From the IMG/VR virus record IMGVR_UViG_3300005573_000064, positions 32,001-96,000 of that record: a stretch of DNA of 64,000 bases; one strand, written 5' to 3'. The notes beneath the pieces are model-generated. The model saw only the letters and a list, made by a program, of their open reading frames with translations, had not been told where the DNA came from and did no database searches. This document shows, in pieces, positions 54,610 to 63,920 of this stretch (position 1 is its first letter; every line of letters starts with the position of its first letter). This DNA is from a virus. A program made the position numbers and the translations under genes.

Positions 54610-56357
54610 TGTACGCCCTCCTCGACCAGCATCCTAGTAAGCGCGGAGTGCTCGGAAAGAAGTTTAGAGCGCACGTTAATTGCTCCGATATCCCTAGGCT
54701 TCTTGGCGGCTAATTCGATTATTTGATTGCAGAAGTTGTTGATCCACGCCTCATCACCGGTCAGATCGTAAAATAATTCCTTTCTCATACTCTCAGGAGT
54801 TAGTTTACCTTCTCTAATATCACCTAACCTTGAAATAACTCTGTCCGACAGCTCCCGCACCCTGTCTTCCGGATACGATAAGGTGATTGCGCTACCACCC
54901 TTCTTGTTCGTGGGAGTCGTTATATTCAATCCGGCCTTCCCGGTGGTGTCCTTCCTGTCCTTTCTCGGGGCTCTGCCTTTGGTGTCGGACTGCGGGAGGT
55001 CGGGAGACTTATCGGTAAGAATGTTAACTCCGAATCTGGAGGCTATGGCCTGTGGAATCTGCACCTTGCTCACATAGCCTTCGCCCCAATCCATCTTGCC
55101 CTTGAATCCCAAGCCCTCTCTTAGCTCCTCCGAGGTTATGCCATTCATAGTCCATAAATTCATAAGGTGGGTCTGCATCTTGATCAAATCATCGGTATCC
55201 AGGGTGGGCCATTCAAGAACGACTCTGTCATCGGGATTGTTAATTGGATCATATCCGGCTTCAATAAGGAGTTCGTCAAAAATATAAGAAGTAATATACG
55301 ATGATAGCATTGACTGATAAGCTCCGGCCCGCTTATGAGTCTGGGCGGCCAGGTGATCCGCTGCCCCTTGGGAAATCTCCCCGCTTATGTCCCCTATGTC
55401 CATATTGGACACGCCCAGTCCGGTAAGAACCCGAGCTTTGAACATTTGAAGGTAGCCTTCGGCCCGGATCGCCTGACTCTCGGCTCCTATGACTTTTATG
55501 GTGTGGCCGGGAGGAGTTATGATAAATCCGTCCGGTGCGCTTGTTCGGTAGGCATTGACGACATCGTCTATGTCCTCCTGCCTGCCCTCCCCGGTGCCCG
55601 TTATATCGGGAACGGTTTGGTGAATCATAGGGTTAAGGTATTTGTAAATCAGCTTTATTACATTCTCCTCCATCTGTCGGAGAGCCCTTATGTCCTCTAT
55701 GACGGTTACCACTGGAGGGATACCCCATATGCCGCCCGCCTCCTTGTCATAGGTGAAGTGGAGAATGTCCTTGGGATCGAACTCCCTTGTCTCCTGCTTC
55801 ACTCTCTGCTGCCATTTTATAACCTCCCCTTCGGGAGACAGCACCGGTGTCATCTGGAAAGCCGGTATGTTAAAGTACGCCCCCACCGGCTTTGTTCCCG
55901 GCTGGAAGTACATCCCGGGTATGGGATTGTCAGTGGTGAATCTAACCTTTACCAGAAAACAGTTTCCGTATTTGACAAAGTCGGAAACAAGGGTTCTAAA
56001 TGTGATATCCCAGTCCTGACCGGAGGTGTATCTGAACAGCTGAAGTCTTTTGCGAATATAGGCCGTGGTCTCCTTGCCGCCCTTAAGGTCCCAGCCGTTA
56101 TCAAATATAGTCTCAATATACTTATCCAACCCTTGATGGATATATGAATCCACAAGATAGGCGCTTCTAACGGCCATTATATCGAAAGGCGGGGCGGTAC
56201 CGACTTTGGTCGCTCTAACGCCCGAACCGGCCTGATACTTAAGTATTGGATTGCTAAGAGTCTTAGGACGAGATTTTGCCGGAATCGTTCCCGTGGACCG
56301 TCTGATCGCCCCGGACATTCCGGTTCTAACAGGAGCCTTCACATTATATTCGGCCAT
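54588..56357 (-). CDS. Portal protein
   Basis: 'DFVKYGNCFLVKVR', 'FDPKDILHF', 'WGIP...IEDIRALRQMEEN', 'NGITSEELREGLG'; between TerL and the protease; start moved to ATG 56357. Confidence 0.88.
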   Translation of the reverse strand: MAEYNVKAPVRTGMSGAIRRSTGTIPAKSRPKTLSNPILKYQAGSGVRATKVGTAPPFDIMAVRSAYLVDSYIHQGLDKYIETIFDNGWDLKGGKETTAYIRKRLQLFRYTSGQDWDITFRTLVSDFVKYGNCFLVKVRFTTDNPIPGMYFQPGTKPVGAYFNIPAFQMTPVLSPEGEVIKWQQRVKQETREFDPKDILHFTYDKEAGGIWGIPPVVTVIEDIRALRQMEENVIKLIYKYLNPMIHQTVPDITGTGEGRQEDIDDVVNAYRTSAPDGFIITPPGHTIKVIGAESQAIRAEGYLQMFKARVLTGLGVSNMDIGDISGEISQGAADHLAAQTHKRAGAYQSMLSSYITSYIFDELLIEAGYDPINNPDDRVVLEWPTLDTDDLIKMQTHLMNLWTMNGITSEELREGLGFKGKMDWGEGYVSKVQIPQAIASRFGVNILTDKSPDLPQSDTKGRAPRKDRKDTTGKAGLNITTPTNKKGGSAITLSYPEDRVRELSDRVISRLGDIREGKLTPESMRKELFYDLTGDEAWINNFCNQIIELAAKKPRDIGAINVRSKLLSEHSALTRMLVEEGVQCNVSED

Positions 56358-56799
56358 TCTCAATCTCCTTTAGTTTAAGTCTTATCGACTCTTCGCTTAC
56401 CGGCTCGTCCCATCCTATGATGATAAAAGGAATATGCAACTCCTTAAGGATAATGATGGTGTTTGACACTATTTGATTGGCCAGCTCCCATGACTTTTTG
56501 TCATAGCAGAATCTTTTTCTTTTATCCCAGTCCCCTATCTCGGGACCTAGAACATGGACGACCAACGGCCTTTCCGGAAACACAAGGGTGATAGGATAAG
56601 CAACACCGTTAAGCGCATTCCAGCTCCATTTGCCGTCCATCACCCACGGCTCCATTTCATCCTCTCTGACAGCCAGGAACATCGAGACCACGGTGTTTCT
56701 TCGTTTGGCGTATTCATCAAATAGTTTATTTCCCCCAAGAAATTTCCATCGAAGGAGAAGGTATAATGATCTAAGTTTTCGCATGAAAATCCTTTCCAC
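56344..56799 (-). CDS. Hypothetical protein, possibly a degenerate DUF559/Vsr-like fold
   Basis: C-terminal 'LKELHIPFIIIGWDEPVSEESIRLKL' resembles that family; catalytic residues are not evident. Confidence 0.4.
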   Translation of the reverse strand: MERIFMRKLRSLYLLLRWKFLGGNKLFDEYAKRRNTVVSMFLAVREDEMEPWVMDGKWSWNALNGVAYPITLVFPERPLVVHVLGPEIGDWDKRKRFCYDKKSWELANQIVSNTIIILKELHIPFIIIGWDEPVSEESIRLKLKEIENGRI

Positions 56800-56893
56800 G
56801 AATTTCCCAGGACCTTCCTTTGAATCGCCCTGACATCCCAGGCTTGAACCGCCCAGTCGCGAACGCCTTACCGCCCGCTGAATTCGGTATTCG

Positions 56894-58126
56894 TTATATC
56901 CTGGAGGAAAGATTCCGCATTATCCAGGAGGCCCCCTTTGATATTTCAATGGAGGGCAGCACCTCGGCTATTCTGGATAGTATGTTAATTTGGTTGATGT
57001 CACTGACTCTGGATACCGACATGTCCGTCATGGAGTCAAGCATTCCATACTTCCTTTCAAGCTCGTTCTCCCAGACATACATTTTATATATAAGATCCGT
57101 TTCCAGTTCGCTGACGGAGTTCGATATCGCGGAGATAAGACCGTCAAAAACCGGGCACTCTCCTAGGAGATTGGCGGACATAATGCTGGTTCCAATCCGA
57201 AGAATCGGAGAGCTCACCTTGTCATATATGGCGGAGGCCAGACTGTTAAGTATGTCAAGGGACTCTCCAACCAAAAGAGACAGAGTCAGTCTTCTAATCT
57301 CATCTCCTATGGCTTTCCATTTGCGCTCCTTTGGTCGAGAGGAGGCTTTTAAAACCACCGATGCCGCGCTTAACGAATAGGCTATGGACGCAGCGTTCAT
57401 CGGAGCGCTCAGTGCGGCCATGGTTGCAATCCCCTCGGCCTGAAGGGTGGCCTCCTGAGAGGAATAAACTCCCGGCTTGCTCCTTAGATCGGCAATTATC
57501 CGATTAACCTCCTGGACGTTTACACCTTCGGCCAGGCAGTCTATAAGTCTCGCCATCTGGCTTAGGAAGCAGTCACCTGCGGAATTCCAAACGGAGTTGA
57601 CGGCACCGCTTACAAGTCTGGATAGGAACGACCCGGCAAAGTCAACACGTCTCTGGAATATGCGCCTTACCTCCGGTGTTATAATCCATGACGCGGCATC
57701 CGGACCAAGACTGTAAAGATAATCATGCGACTGGATGATATCCCGCTCCACGCTTTGAATACCTGCGTACATCATATCCATCACGCTGGTTCCCCGATCC
57801 CAGGCTGCGGCTTCGTATTCAGAGGAGGCCTGAGCCCAGAGAGAGCAGTCACTAACTATCAGGGAGTCAAGGGAAGCGGCTGATATCGAGGTCACTCCCC
57901 GGGATGCCAAGGAGGGGGAGGAGGCTATCGATTCGTTGGAAACCTTGGATTTCACATCCGAGATAAGTTGCAGCAGGTTTTGGTGAGCGGATAGCAGACT
58001 TGTGTTTTCCACATAGTCAAGGTTGGTCACCACCGGAGGGGCTATGCTGGTCTGAACACTTCCAATACCGGTGGCCGGAGGGTCGGCAACCAGTTTTTTC
58101 TTCTTGGTAATATCGGAGAGGTTCAC
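56894..58126 (-). CDS. Hypothetical helical protein (410 aa)
   Basis: GTG start with GGAGG; co-oriented between TerL and portal. Confidence 0.7.
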   Translation of the reverse strand: MNLSDITKKKKLVADPPATGIGSVQTSIAPPVVTNLDYVENTSLLSAHQNLLQLISDVKSKVSNESIASSPSLASRGVTSISAASLDSLIVSDCSLWAQASSEYEAAAWDRGTSVMDMMYAGIQSVERDIIQSHDYLYSLGPDAASWIITPEVRRIFQRRVDFAGSFLSRLVSGAVNSVWNSAGDCFLSQMARLIDCLAEGVNVQEVNRIIADLRSKPGVYSSQEATLQAEGIATMAALSAPMNAASIAYSLSAASVVLKASSRPKERKWKAIGDEIRRLTLSLLVGESLDILNSLASAIYDKVSSPILRIGTSIMSANLLGECPVFDGLISAISNSVSELETDLIYKMYVWENELERKYGMLDSMTDMSVSRVSDINQINILSRIAEVLPSIEISKGASWIMRNLSSRI

Positions 58127-58135
58127 GCAATCCTC

Positions 58136-59725
58136 CTAGAACGAGGACCTGGAAATATTTCCTATCGACCCTCTTGAAAAGCCGGACCAAATTCCCCTGT
58201 CGGTCATGCCGCCTCGCATCCCCCTGAACATATCCTTCTCCAACTTTAACGTCCTTTTGGATGGAACGATTTTGGGAAGAGGCAGCGCATAGCTCTTCGT
58301 GGCTTTGACGTACTGCAGCTTGTCCTGATAATGAGAATGAAGAGCATAACACGCCAGACCGCACGCATCGATTATATGTTCGTTTCTTCTGGTGGTCCTT
58401 ATTATATTGGACCCCATCCCCACGATCTTGTAGTCCTTGAGCTGCTTGTCAAATATTCTATCGTAAACGCTAATCTCAAGCAGACCGTCCTCAAGGAGCT
58501 TCAACAGAGTATTTATCATGACGGTCTTAAATTGTTTTTTTACAGGCTTTCCGTCAACCGGGTCGTTGATTACGACATTCTCATTAAAGTTAAATCCCAC
58601 GACTTTGGTGGCCAGTCCGGAGGAGGCGTTATTCTTTCCGTACAGTTTAAGCTCCTCGACCGCATGTTCGCCATATCCCCTGTCCACATATATGAACTCA
58701 GGATCGAACGATTCGTTCAGCGCGATAACCCTCTTGACTGCATTGGTCAAAGTGTAATCGCTTCGGGGAACCTCCTCCCTGTAGATAAGCCTGTACTTTG
58801 TCTGGCCCGGCACGAGCTCCACTATGCAGATATTGACCCCGGCCTGATACTTATCCCAGTCCACGCCCATCGCCCTATGAGCGCTCCCTCTTGGCGAGCC
58901 CCTCTCCACATATCTGTAATCAACCTTGGCTCTTTCTATGTCCTTCACTCTGAAGGCGCTGAACCCGGCTTCAAGAAACTCAGCCAGATACTCGCAGGTG
59001 AACTCCATGTCGGTGGACAGGCTCCGTCTCTCGTCTATGTCCTCCTCAGTGAAGTCGGGGTTCTCGGTAATGGGAACGTGTATCTGATACCACTGTCCGG
59101 AAGTGTCACTGCACCATTCAAAAAATCTTCCCTTTTGCTCGGCAGGCGTGCTGCCTATGATGGCCCTTACTTCAAGACCGTCCGCGCTCTTGTACTTGTC
59201 TCCAAGTATGATAGGGGTCAAAGCCTTGAAGTCTCCATCCTGCATATAAGCGGCCTCGTCAACCAGCACCATGTTCGCACCCTTGCCTCGAAGGGCGCGG
59301 CCTTCCTTGTTGCCGCCCGTTCCAGTGGTCCTTCCCTTTATGGTGGAGCCGTTCTTAAACTTAATCAGGTGGGGGAATTTGGTTCTTTCCTGGAGAGCAT
59401 CGGATAGAACCGGGGTGGAGTTTATAAACTCATTGATAACTTCAAACAGCTCGGTCACCTTGTCATCATCGGGACAGGCTATAAGCACATCATAATACTT
59501 ATGAACGGAGACGGCCCACAGAGCCAGCACCGCCATGGAATACGACTTGCCTCCGCGTCTATGGGCCCTTATCACAATCCTCTTCTCATTACAAGATAGG
59601 ATTCTTCTTTCCAAATAGTTGGCTTTGAAATTCTCTCCGCTTGCCGGATCCTTAAGAAAAGCTTCGGCCCACAGCAGAGGGGATGATAAGATTTCGCCTA
59701 GTTTTCTTACATCCTCGGAATCCAT
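58136..59725 (-). CDS. terL: Terminase large subunit
   Basis: Walker A 'HRRGGKS', Walker B 'VLVDEAAY', coupling motif 'GSTP', RNase H-like 'MGVDWD', 'IYVDRGYG', 'HIIDACGLA'. Confidence 0.93.
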   Translation of the reverse strand: MDSEDVRKLGEILSSPLLWAEAFLKDPASGENFKANYLERRILSCNEKRIVIRAHRRGGKSYSMAVLALWAVSVHKYYDVLIACPDDDKVTELFEVINEFINSTPVLSDALQERTKFPHLIKFKNGSTIKGRTTGTGGNKEGRALRGKGANMVLVDEAAYMQDGDFKALTPIILGDKYKSADGLEVRAIIGSTPAEQKGRFFEWCSDTSGQWYQIHVPITENPDFTEEDIDERRSLSTDMEFTCEYLAEFLEAGFSAFRVKDIERAKVDYRYVERGSPRGSAHRAMGVDWDKYQAGVNICIVELVPGQTKYRLIYREEVPRSDYTLTNAVKRVIALNESFDPEFIYVDRGYGEHAVEELKLYGKNNASSGLATKVVGFNFNENVVINDPVDGKPVKKQFKTVMINTLLKLLEDGLLEISVYDRIFDKQLKDYKIVGMGSNIIRTTRRNEHIIDACGLACYALHSHYQDKLQYVKATKSYALPLPKIVPSKRTLKLEKDMFRGMRGGMTDRGIWSGFSRGSIGNISRSSF

Positions 59726-59727
59726 TC

Positions 59728-59997
59728 CTACTTCCCGTTGGAACTTTGGTAGCTGTCATAGTTCGGAGGCATGCCAATCTTATTGGCGAGAGCGGGTTTG
59801 ACTCTGTTGCCGCCATTCTTCGCTGGAACTCCGGGGCCACCCTGACCGTCACCGGCACCGTACGTGGACTTGTAGTCGGGCGGAACCTTGTCCAGTTTCT
59901 TCGTAATCGGGGACACTCTGGGTACCTGGGCGGTTCCACTGTTTCCACCGCCTTTTGCAGGAACGCTCTTCGGTGATCGCTTGTCTACGTTTGCCAT
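59728..59997 (-). CDS. Small basic Gly/Pro/Lys-rich protein
   Basis: 89 aa; strong AAGGAG RBS; two PP(D/N)Y motifs. Confidence 0.7.
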   Translation of the reverse strand: MANVDKRSPKSVPAKGGGNSGTAQVPRVSPITKKLDKVPPDYKSTYGAGDGQGGPGVPAKNGGNRVKPALANKIGMPPNYDSYQSSNGK

Positions 59998-60032
59998 TAT
60001 TTTCTCCTTGGAGAACTTGTTCTCTCCTCTGT

Positions 60033-60040
60033 ATTATAGC
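60033..60040 (-). promoter_or_regulatory. Putative promoter -10 element (GCTATAAT) overlapping a stop codon
   Basis: Same motif as at 2180, 29877, 31246 and 41951; about 35 nt upstream of the next start. Confidence 0.45.
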
Positions 60041-60345
60041 CTCAGTTGCTCTATGAATCTTAATTGAAAATTAGGTTGGGTGGGATCATAGGCTCCCACG
60101 GGATAGGTAATCCGAGCAACCCATCCTATCAAAGGATTAACCACCTGGTTAAAGGATATCGAAGCCTCCCCCGCCACGTTGGTGTATGTGCTGTAGACAA
60201 TAGGCCCCGGATTGGTCACCGACCCCGACCCTGGAAACACCTCGATAAGAACACCGGATACCGCAGTGGAGTATCCGCGCGCGTCAGGTTTGCTCGGGTA
60301 AGGTCCGAATGTTATTGTAGTGCTTACTTGGTTATCTCCCTGCAT
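60034..60345 (-). CDS. Small beta-rich hypothetical protein
   Basis: 103 aa; AGGAG RBS; co-oriented. Confidence 0.65.
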   Translation of the reverse strand: MQGDNQVSTTITFGPYPSKPDARGYSTAVSGVLIEVFPGSGSVTNPGPIVYSTYTNVAGEASISFNQVVNPLIGWVARITYPVGAYDPTQPNFQLRFIEQLRL

Positions 60346-60370
60346 GTCCGTCTCCTCGAAGCATAAATCT

Positions 60371-60790
60371 TTATTGTCTTCTGGCGTATCTCCTAGCCAT
60401 CGCTCCGGCCTCCGACCCCAGCATGGAGTTCGCCCCGTTCAAAGTTTGGAGCCCTCTTTGTTGCGCTCTCAATGTCCAGTCCGAATGCTCGAAGCTTTGA
60501 GAGAAGGGCGTGGACGCCATTCTGAACTGGGTGTTTCTCGCCTGCACCAGTCCGGATGAAAGGTGAATCACAGCCGGAGTCATCGATAGTATCTGTCCGG
60601 CAATATACCCAAGACCCGCCTCCGAAGTTCCTATCAACGCCACGGTAAGCCAGTTCTTGGCCACTATATCCTTTGTTGCCGCCCAAAACGCGCTATGATG
60701 CTGAGCCTTGGCCTCCCTCCCCGCACGTATCGCGGATTCGGCCGCTCCGATATAGTTGTATGCATTCAGACTAAATCTTATGGGATCCAC
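60371..60790 (-). CDS. Hypothetical protein with Ala/Gly-rich hydrophobic helices
   Basis: 139 aa; GTG start after AGGAG; co-oriented. Confidence 0.7.
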   Translation of the reverse strand: MDPIRFSLNAYNYIGAAESAIRAGREAKAQHHSAFWAATKDIVAKNWLTVALIGTSEAGLGYIAGQILSMTPAVIHLSSGLVQARNTQFRMASTPFSQSFEHSDWTLRAQQRGLQTLNGANSMLGSEAGAMARRYARRQ

Positions 60791-60802
60791 GTTGCGCTCC
60801 TA

Positions 60803-61573
60803 TCACTTGTTATTATAGTACATCGATAAGGCCAGATATCCATCACCGCCTAAATCCGGGCCCGACAGCGACAGAGGGGTGATCACACGCTGTCGCTTCC
60901 TGTCCTCCTTTGGCGAATCCCAATAGTTTCGTATGGTGAAGTATGCCGCTGAAAGAGCCGCGCCTTGAAATAGTCTTTTTCTAAGAGTCCTGTTTAGAAC
61001 GTAATGGTACCTCGAGCGCGCACGTCTTTGCTCGAAAGCCTCATCACTCTCACCCGGCCCTTGCTCATATTTGTAACCTAACTTGTCAAGAAGATTCTTC
61101 TCATCCGAGGTGAAGTTCTCCGGATGTAGCGAGGCCCCCTCTCCTCTGTTCTCTATGGTCCGAAGAACGGCTGTGATTCTAGGATCCTCCTTCAATCTCA
61201 TCGGGGCCGGATCCCCTCCCATCATCACACGCTCCCAGAACCCCACAGCCATCAAAGGAACGCTTAAAATGGCTTTTCCGATCTTTTTCAGGCCTTCACC
61301 TCTGTTCCGTCTTACAACTGAGCCATCGGAACCAATTCCAAACTCAAGTCTGGAAATCCCTACAGCTACCGCACGGATACCCCCAATAGTGGCGCTAAAC
61401 ATGCCTTTGACTGCGTTACCGGCCCCTTTCCAAAGATAATCCTCGAGATTGCTTCGAATTATCATGGAGCGAGTCCACAGGGGATATGCGACATGATCCC
61501 TCAGCGGAGCCCAAACATGGTCGCCCATGTAGCGCTTGAATGCCGACCATAGTCCTCTGAAATATCCGTTCAT
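60803..61573 (-). CDS. Hypothetical protein (256 aa)
   Basis: Co-oriented ORF with amphipathic and hydrophobic helices. Confidence 0.7.
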   Translation of the reverse strand: MNGYFRGLWSAFKRYMGDHVWAPLRDHVAYPLWTRSMIIRSNLEDYLWKGAGNAVKGMFSATIGGIRAVAVGISRLEFGIGSDGSVVRRNRGEGLKKIGKAILSVPLMAVGFWERVMMGGDPAPMRLKEDPRITAVLRTIENRGEGASLHPENFTSDEKNLLDKLGYKYEQGPGESDEAFEQRRARSRYHYVLNRTLRKRLFQGAALSAAYFTIRNYWDSPKEDRKRQRVITPLSLSGPDLGGDGYLALSMYYNNK

Positions 61574-61642
61574 AAATTTTACGGCTCAAGCCCTCCGCTG
61601 TTTAAACAGCGCAAGGCGCATGCCGCCTCCTTTTCAACAATT

Positions 61643-61837
61643 CTATTTTCGAGGGAGCAGTTCCCCTAGCAGGGGATCCGCTATGATAACCGACTGGGTT
61701 TTAAGATTACCTAACACTTTGGAGGGGTCTGTTGCGGTTGGCGTCCAATTCTTTTTGAGCGAGGGGCTGTTATTTCTAGAGCCGGAAGGCGAGGGCTTTG
61801 AATTGGACGGCCGGCCTCCGCCAGGTTTTTTACTCAT
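61643..61837 (-). CDS. Small basic hypothetical protein
   Basis: TGATG coupling with the upstream gene; 64 aa. Confidence 0.5.
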   Translation of the reverse strand: MSKKPGGGRPSNSKPSPSGSRNNSPSLKKNWTPTATDPSKVLGNLKTQSVIIADPLLGELLPRK

Positions 61838-62592
61838 CAGTCTGTCTCCTTGTCCGAAGAATCATCCTTGGAGGATCCTCTTCCTCCGCGGAGCGATTCC
61901 ATCTTCCTTTCCGAATTATATTGCGCAAGCACCTGAGTCATCACGTTCGTTATATCGCTTTCGCCCATGGACTTTCTCTCGGCCTCTTTTCTAGCCTGCC
62001 GTGACGCCAATAGAAGCTGATAGTGTTTGTTTATATCCTGTCTTAGCCTTCTCTGCTGTTCCAGGAGCTGGCTTGGTTGCCTGGAGTTATGTCTCAGTCC
62101 CGTCTTGGAGTCCGTACCTGCAACCATAACCTCCACCGGAGCCTCCTTGCGCTTAAGCTTGTCGCACTCCGTAAGTTGTATCTGCAGCCTTACAAGGTCG
62201 TTCACCATTTGAATGTCGGTGTAGTCCTCGGGCCTTATATCCAAATCATTGACATACCCGGCAAAATGTCTGAAGGCGTCCACTATCTCCAACGGGCATC
62301 CGTGCCCCACCCATCTTCCAACAGTGGAATTTTTAACCAAGGGGCACTCACCGCTGAAGTCGCACTCCTCGCCTTTGCAAAGCAGGGGCACCGTGGTGTA
62401 AATCGTTAGCTGCTCCTCCACATTGGAAAGCTCCTCGGCACTCCAGTTAAGGACATAGTACCGCTTTCTTCTCATCTGAATGACTTCGGGCGGCCTGTAG
62501 TAATACTCTCCGGACTCGTCCTTCACATCGAAATTGGAGAAGTCTATTCTCAACGAGCCCATAACAGTCTTTATATTTTTCTTTGACGCCAT
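61837..62592 (-). CDS. Putative terminase small subunit
   Basis: Cys cluster 'CKGEECDFSGECPL...GCPLE' followed by a helical hairpin and 'LLASRQAR'; first gene of the packaging operon. Confidence 0.55.
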   Translation of the reverse strand: MASKKNIKTVMGSLRIDFSNFDVKDESGEYYYRPPEVIQMRRKRYYVLNWSAEELSNVEEQLTIYTTVPLLCKGEECDFSGECPLVKNSTVGRWVGHGCPLEIVDAFRHFAGYVNDLDIRPEDYTDIQMVNDLVRLQIQLTECDKLKRKEAPVEVMVAGTDSKTGLRHNSRQPSQLLEQQRRLRQDINKHYQLLLASRQARKEAERKSMGESDITNVMTQVLAQYNSERKMESLRGGRGSSKDDSSDKETD

Positions 62593-62616
62593 ATATTCCT
62601 CTTACAGGTAGCTCAC

Positions 62617-62750
62617 GTCCCTCGAGTTACAAGTAACCCGCGTCCCTCGAGTTGCAATCAACTCGCGTCCCTCGAATTACAAGTAATTCGAGTCTCCGTG
62701 AGTTATAACTAACTCACGGGTCCCTCGAGTTACAAGTAACTCGAGTCTCT
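62617..62750. repeat. Tandem array of five ~25-bp palindromic (hairpin) repeats
   Basis: Consensus GTCCCTCGAGTTAC-AA-GTAACTCG; units start at 62617, 62642, 62667, 62692 and 62720. Confidence 0.9.
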
Positions 62751-62886
62751 GGTAAGTCGGTTCCTCCAAGGTACACTAATAAGTAGCGGACGAAAACAAT
62801 TGTTTTCATTAAGATTGCGACTGGCCGCTAAAATGCGAAGACCGTAGTGTGAGGAAACTTAACGGAACAAGGAAGTCAGGTCCCGA

Positions 62887-63540
62887 TTACTTGCGTGATC
62901 TCACCGAACCGGATCTCCGTCTATTGAGAGAATTCAGATCGTAATCGAACTTTCTAAAGGTGACCACGTATACTATGGTTCTTAAGGAAATATCGGACCC
63001 AAAACCTTTCCTGGAAGACTTAAAGCTATCACCGGAGGAGTGGGCCGAGCTATTGATAAGGTATTTGAAGTAGTTGACCACCGCTCGCCCGCTATTGATA
63101 TTCTCTATGGCGTTGTCATAATCCTCCTGGGATATGTTGGAGATGGCGCACTTCTTAATGCTTATCACTTCAAGCAGCCCTTTTCTTCGGTTCTCGCTTT
63201 TCGTGCGCACGTCAATGATGTCTCCGAGAAGCAACGCATCCTGAAGGCCGCTGCTGGCCGCGTTTAGGGAGTAGCCGTTTCGGGAATCCGTAGGGTTGGA
63301 CTCATGACCTCTCGGGACGGGAGAATTACTTTGTAAATCTCCCGGGGTCGGGGACTCGGCTTGCAAATCCCCCCGGTCAGGGCGGCTCGGATCCTCCGGG
63401 ATGACGTAGCCTGCGGACTCCGTCCGTCCGCCATGCCGTCCGGCCCTGGCGGGATCACGCTCGGCCATTACGAATATGGATATGCGATCCATTTTTTCAT
63501 ATCGATCAAGCAGCGACTCGGGAATAACAAAAGTGCGCAT
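62887..63540 (-). CDS. ASCH/PUA-like domain protein with a low-complexity insertion
   Basis: 'LGDIIDV...GLLEVISIKKCAISNISQED...VYVVTFRK' follows the ASCH pattern. Confidence 0.5.
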   Translation of the reverse strand: MRTFVIPESLLDRYEKMDRISIFVMAERDPARAGRHGGRTESAGYVIPEDPSRPDRGDLQAESPTPGDLQSNSPVPRGHESNPTDSRNGYSLNAASSGLQDALLLGDIIDVRTKSENRRKGLLEVISIKKCAISNISQEDYDNAIENINSGRAVVNYFKYLINSSAHSSGDSFKSSRKGFGSDISLRTIVYVVTFRKFDYDLNSLNRRRSGSVRSRK

Positions 63541-63708
63541 GGCGTTTATCCTATCGAAATTTCATTGACCGCAATCCGGGGTGGTAACCAAATCCCGTAC
63601 GTCTTGGGACATAGGCCCCACTATGGCTTAGGGCCGGCCCACCTCCCCCGGTGTAATCCAAAAATCATCCTATTCAAAGTGTCACACTCATATTATAGGC
63701 TATTTTCC

Positions 63709-63920
63709 TCAGGGCGTGAGATGACGCACACCCATGCAAATCACATCGTACGCCACCAATAACCCCATCACGATCAGATACCCCCGCAAAACATAAAGGG
63801 AGAACTTGACGCTCCTGCTCATTGGCATCGGACCAAGGGCGTCCGCGCTGACCTTCTCCTCCGGCTCATCAAACAGAGGATGCACTACGTAATAAACTTC
63901 GTCCCGTCTTGACTCCCCAT
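63709..63920 (-). pseudogene. Small single-TM membrane protein, apparently frameshifted just after its start codon
   Basis: ATG at 63920 has a GGAGG RBS but stops after 11 codons. The coding-like frame (GESRRDEVYYVVHPLFDEPEEKV...LRGYLIVMGLLVAY...) is reached by adding one G to the G4 run. Alternative: GTG start at 63885 (58 aa). Confidence 0.5.

Noticed and set aside
49745-59725. Inteins or introns in terminase, portal, protease or capsid genes
   Set aside because: Lengths are ordinary and no splice-junction or homing-endonuclease motifs were seen.
62617-62750. CRISPR mini-array
   Set aside because: The palindromic repeats are contiguous with no unique spacers, and no cas genes are in the window.
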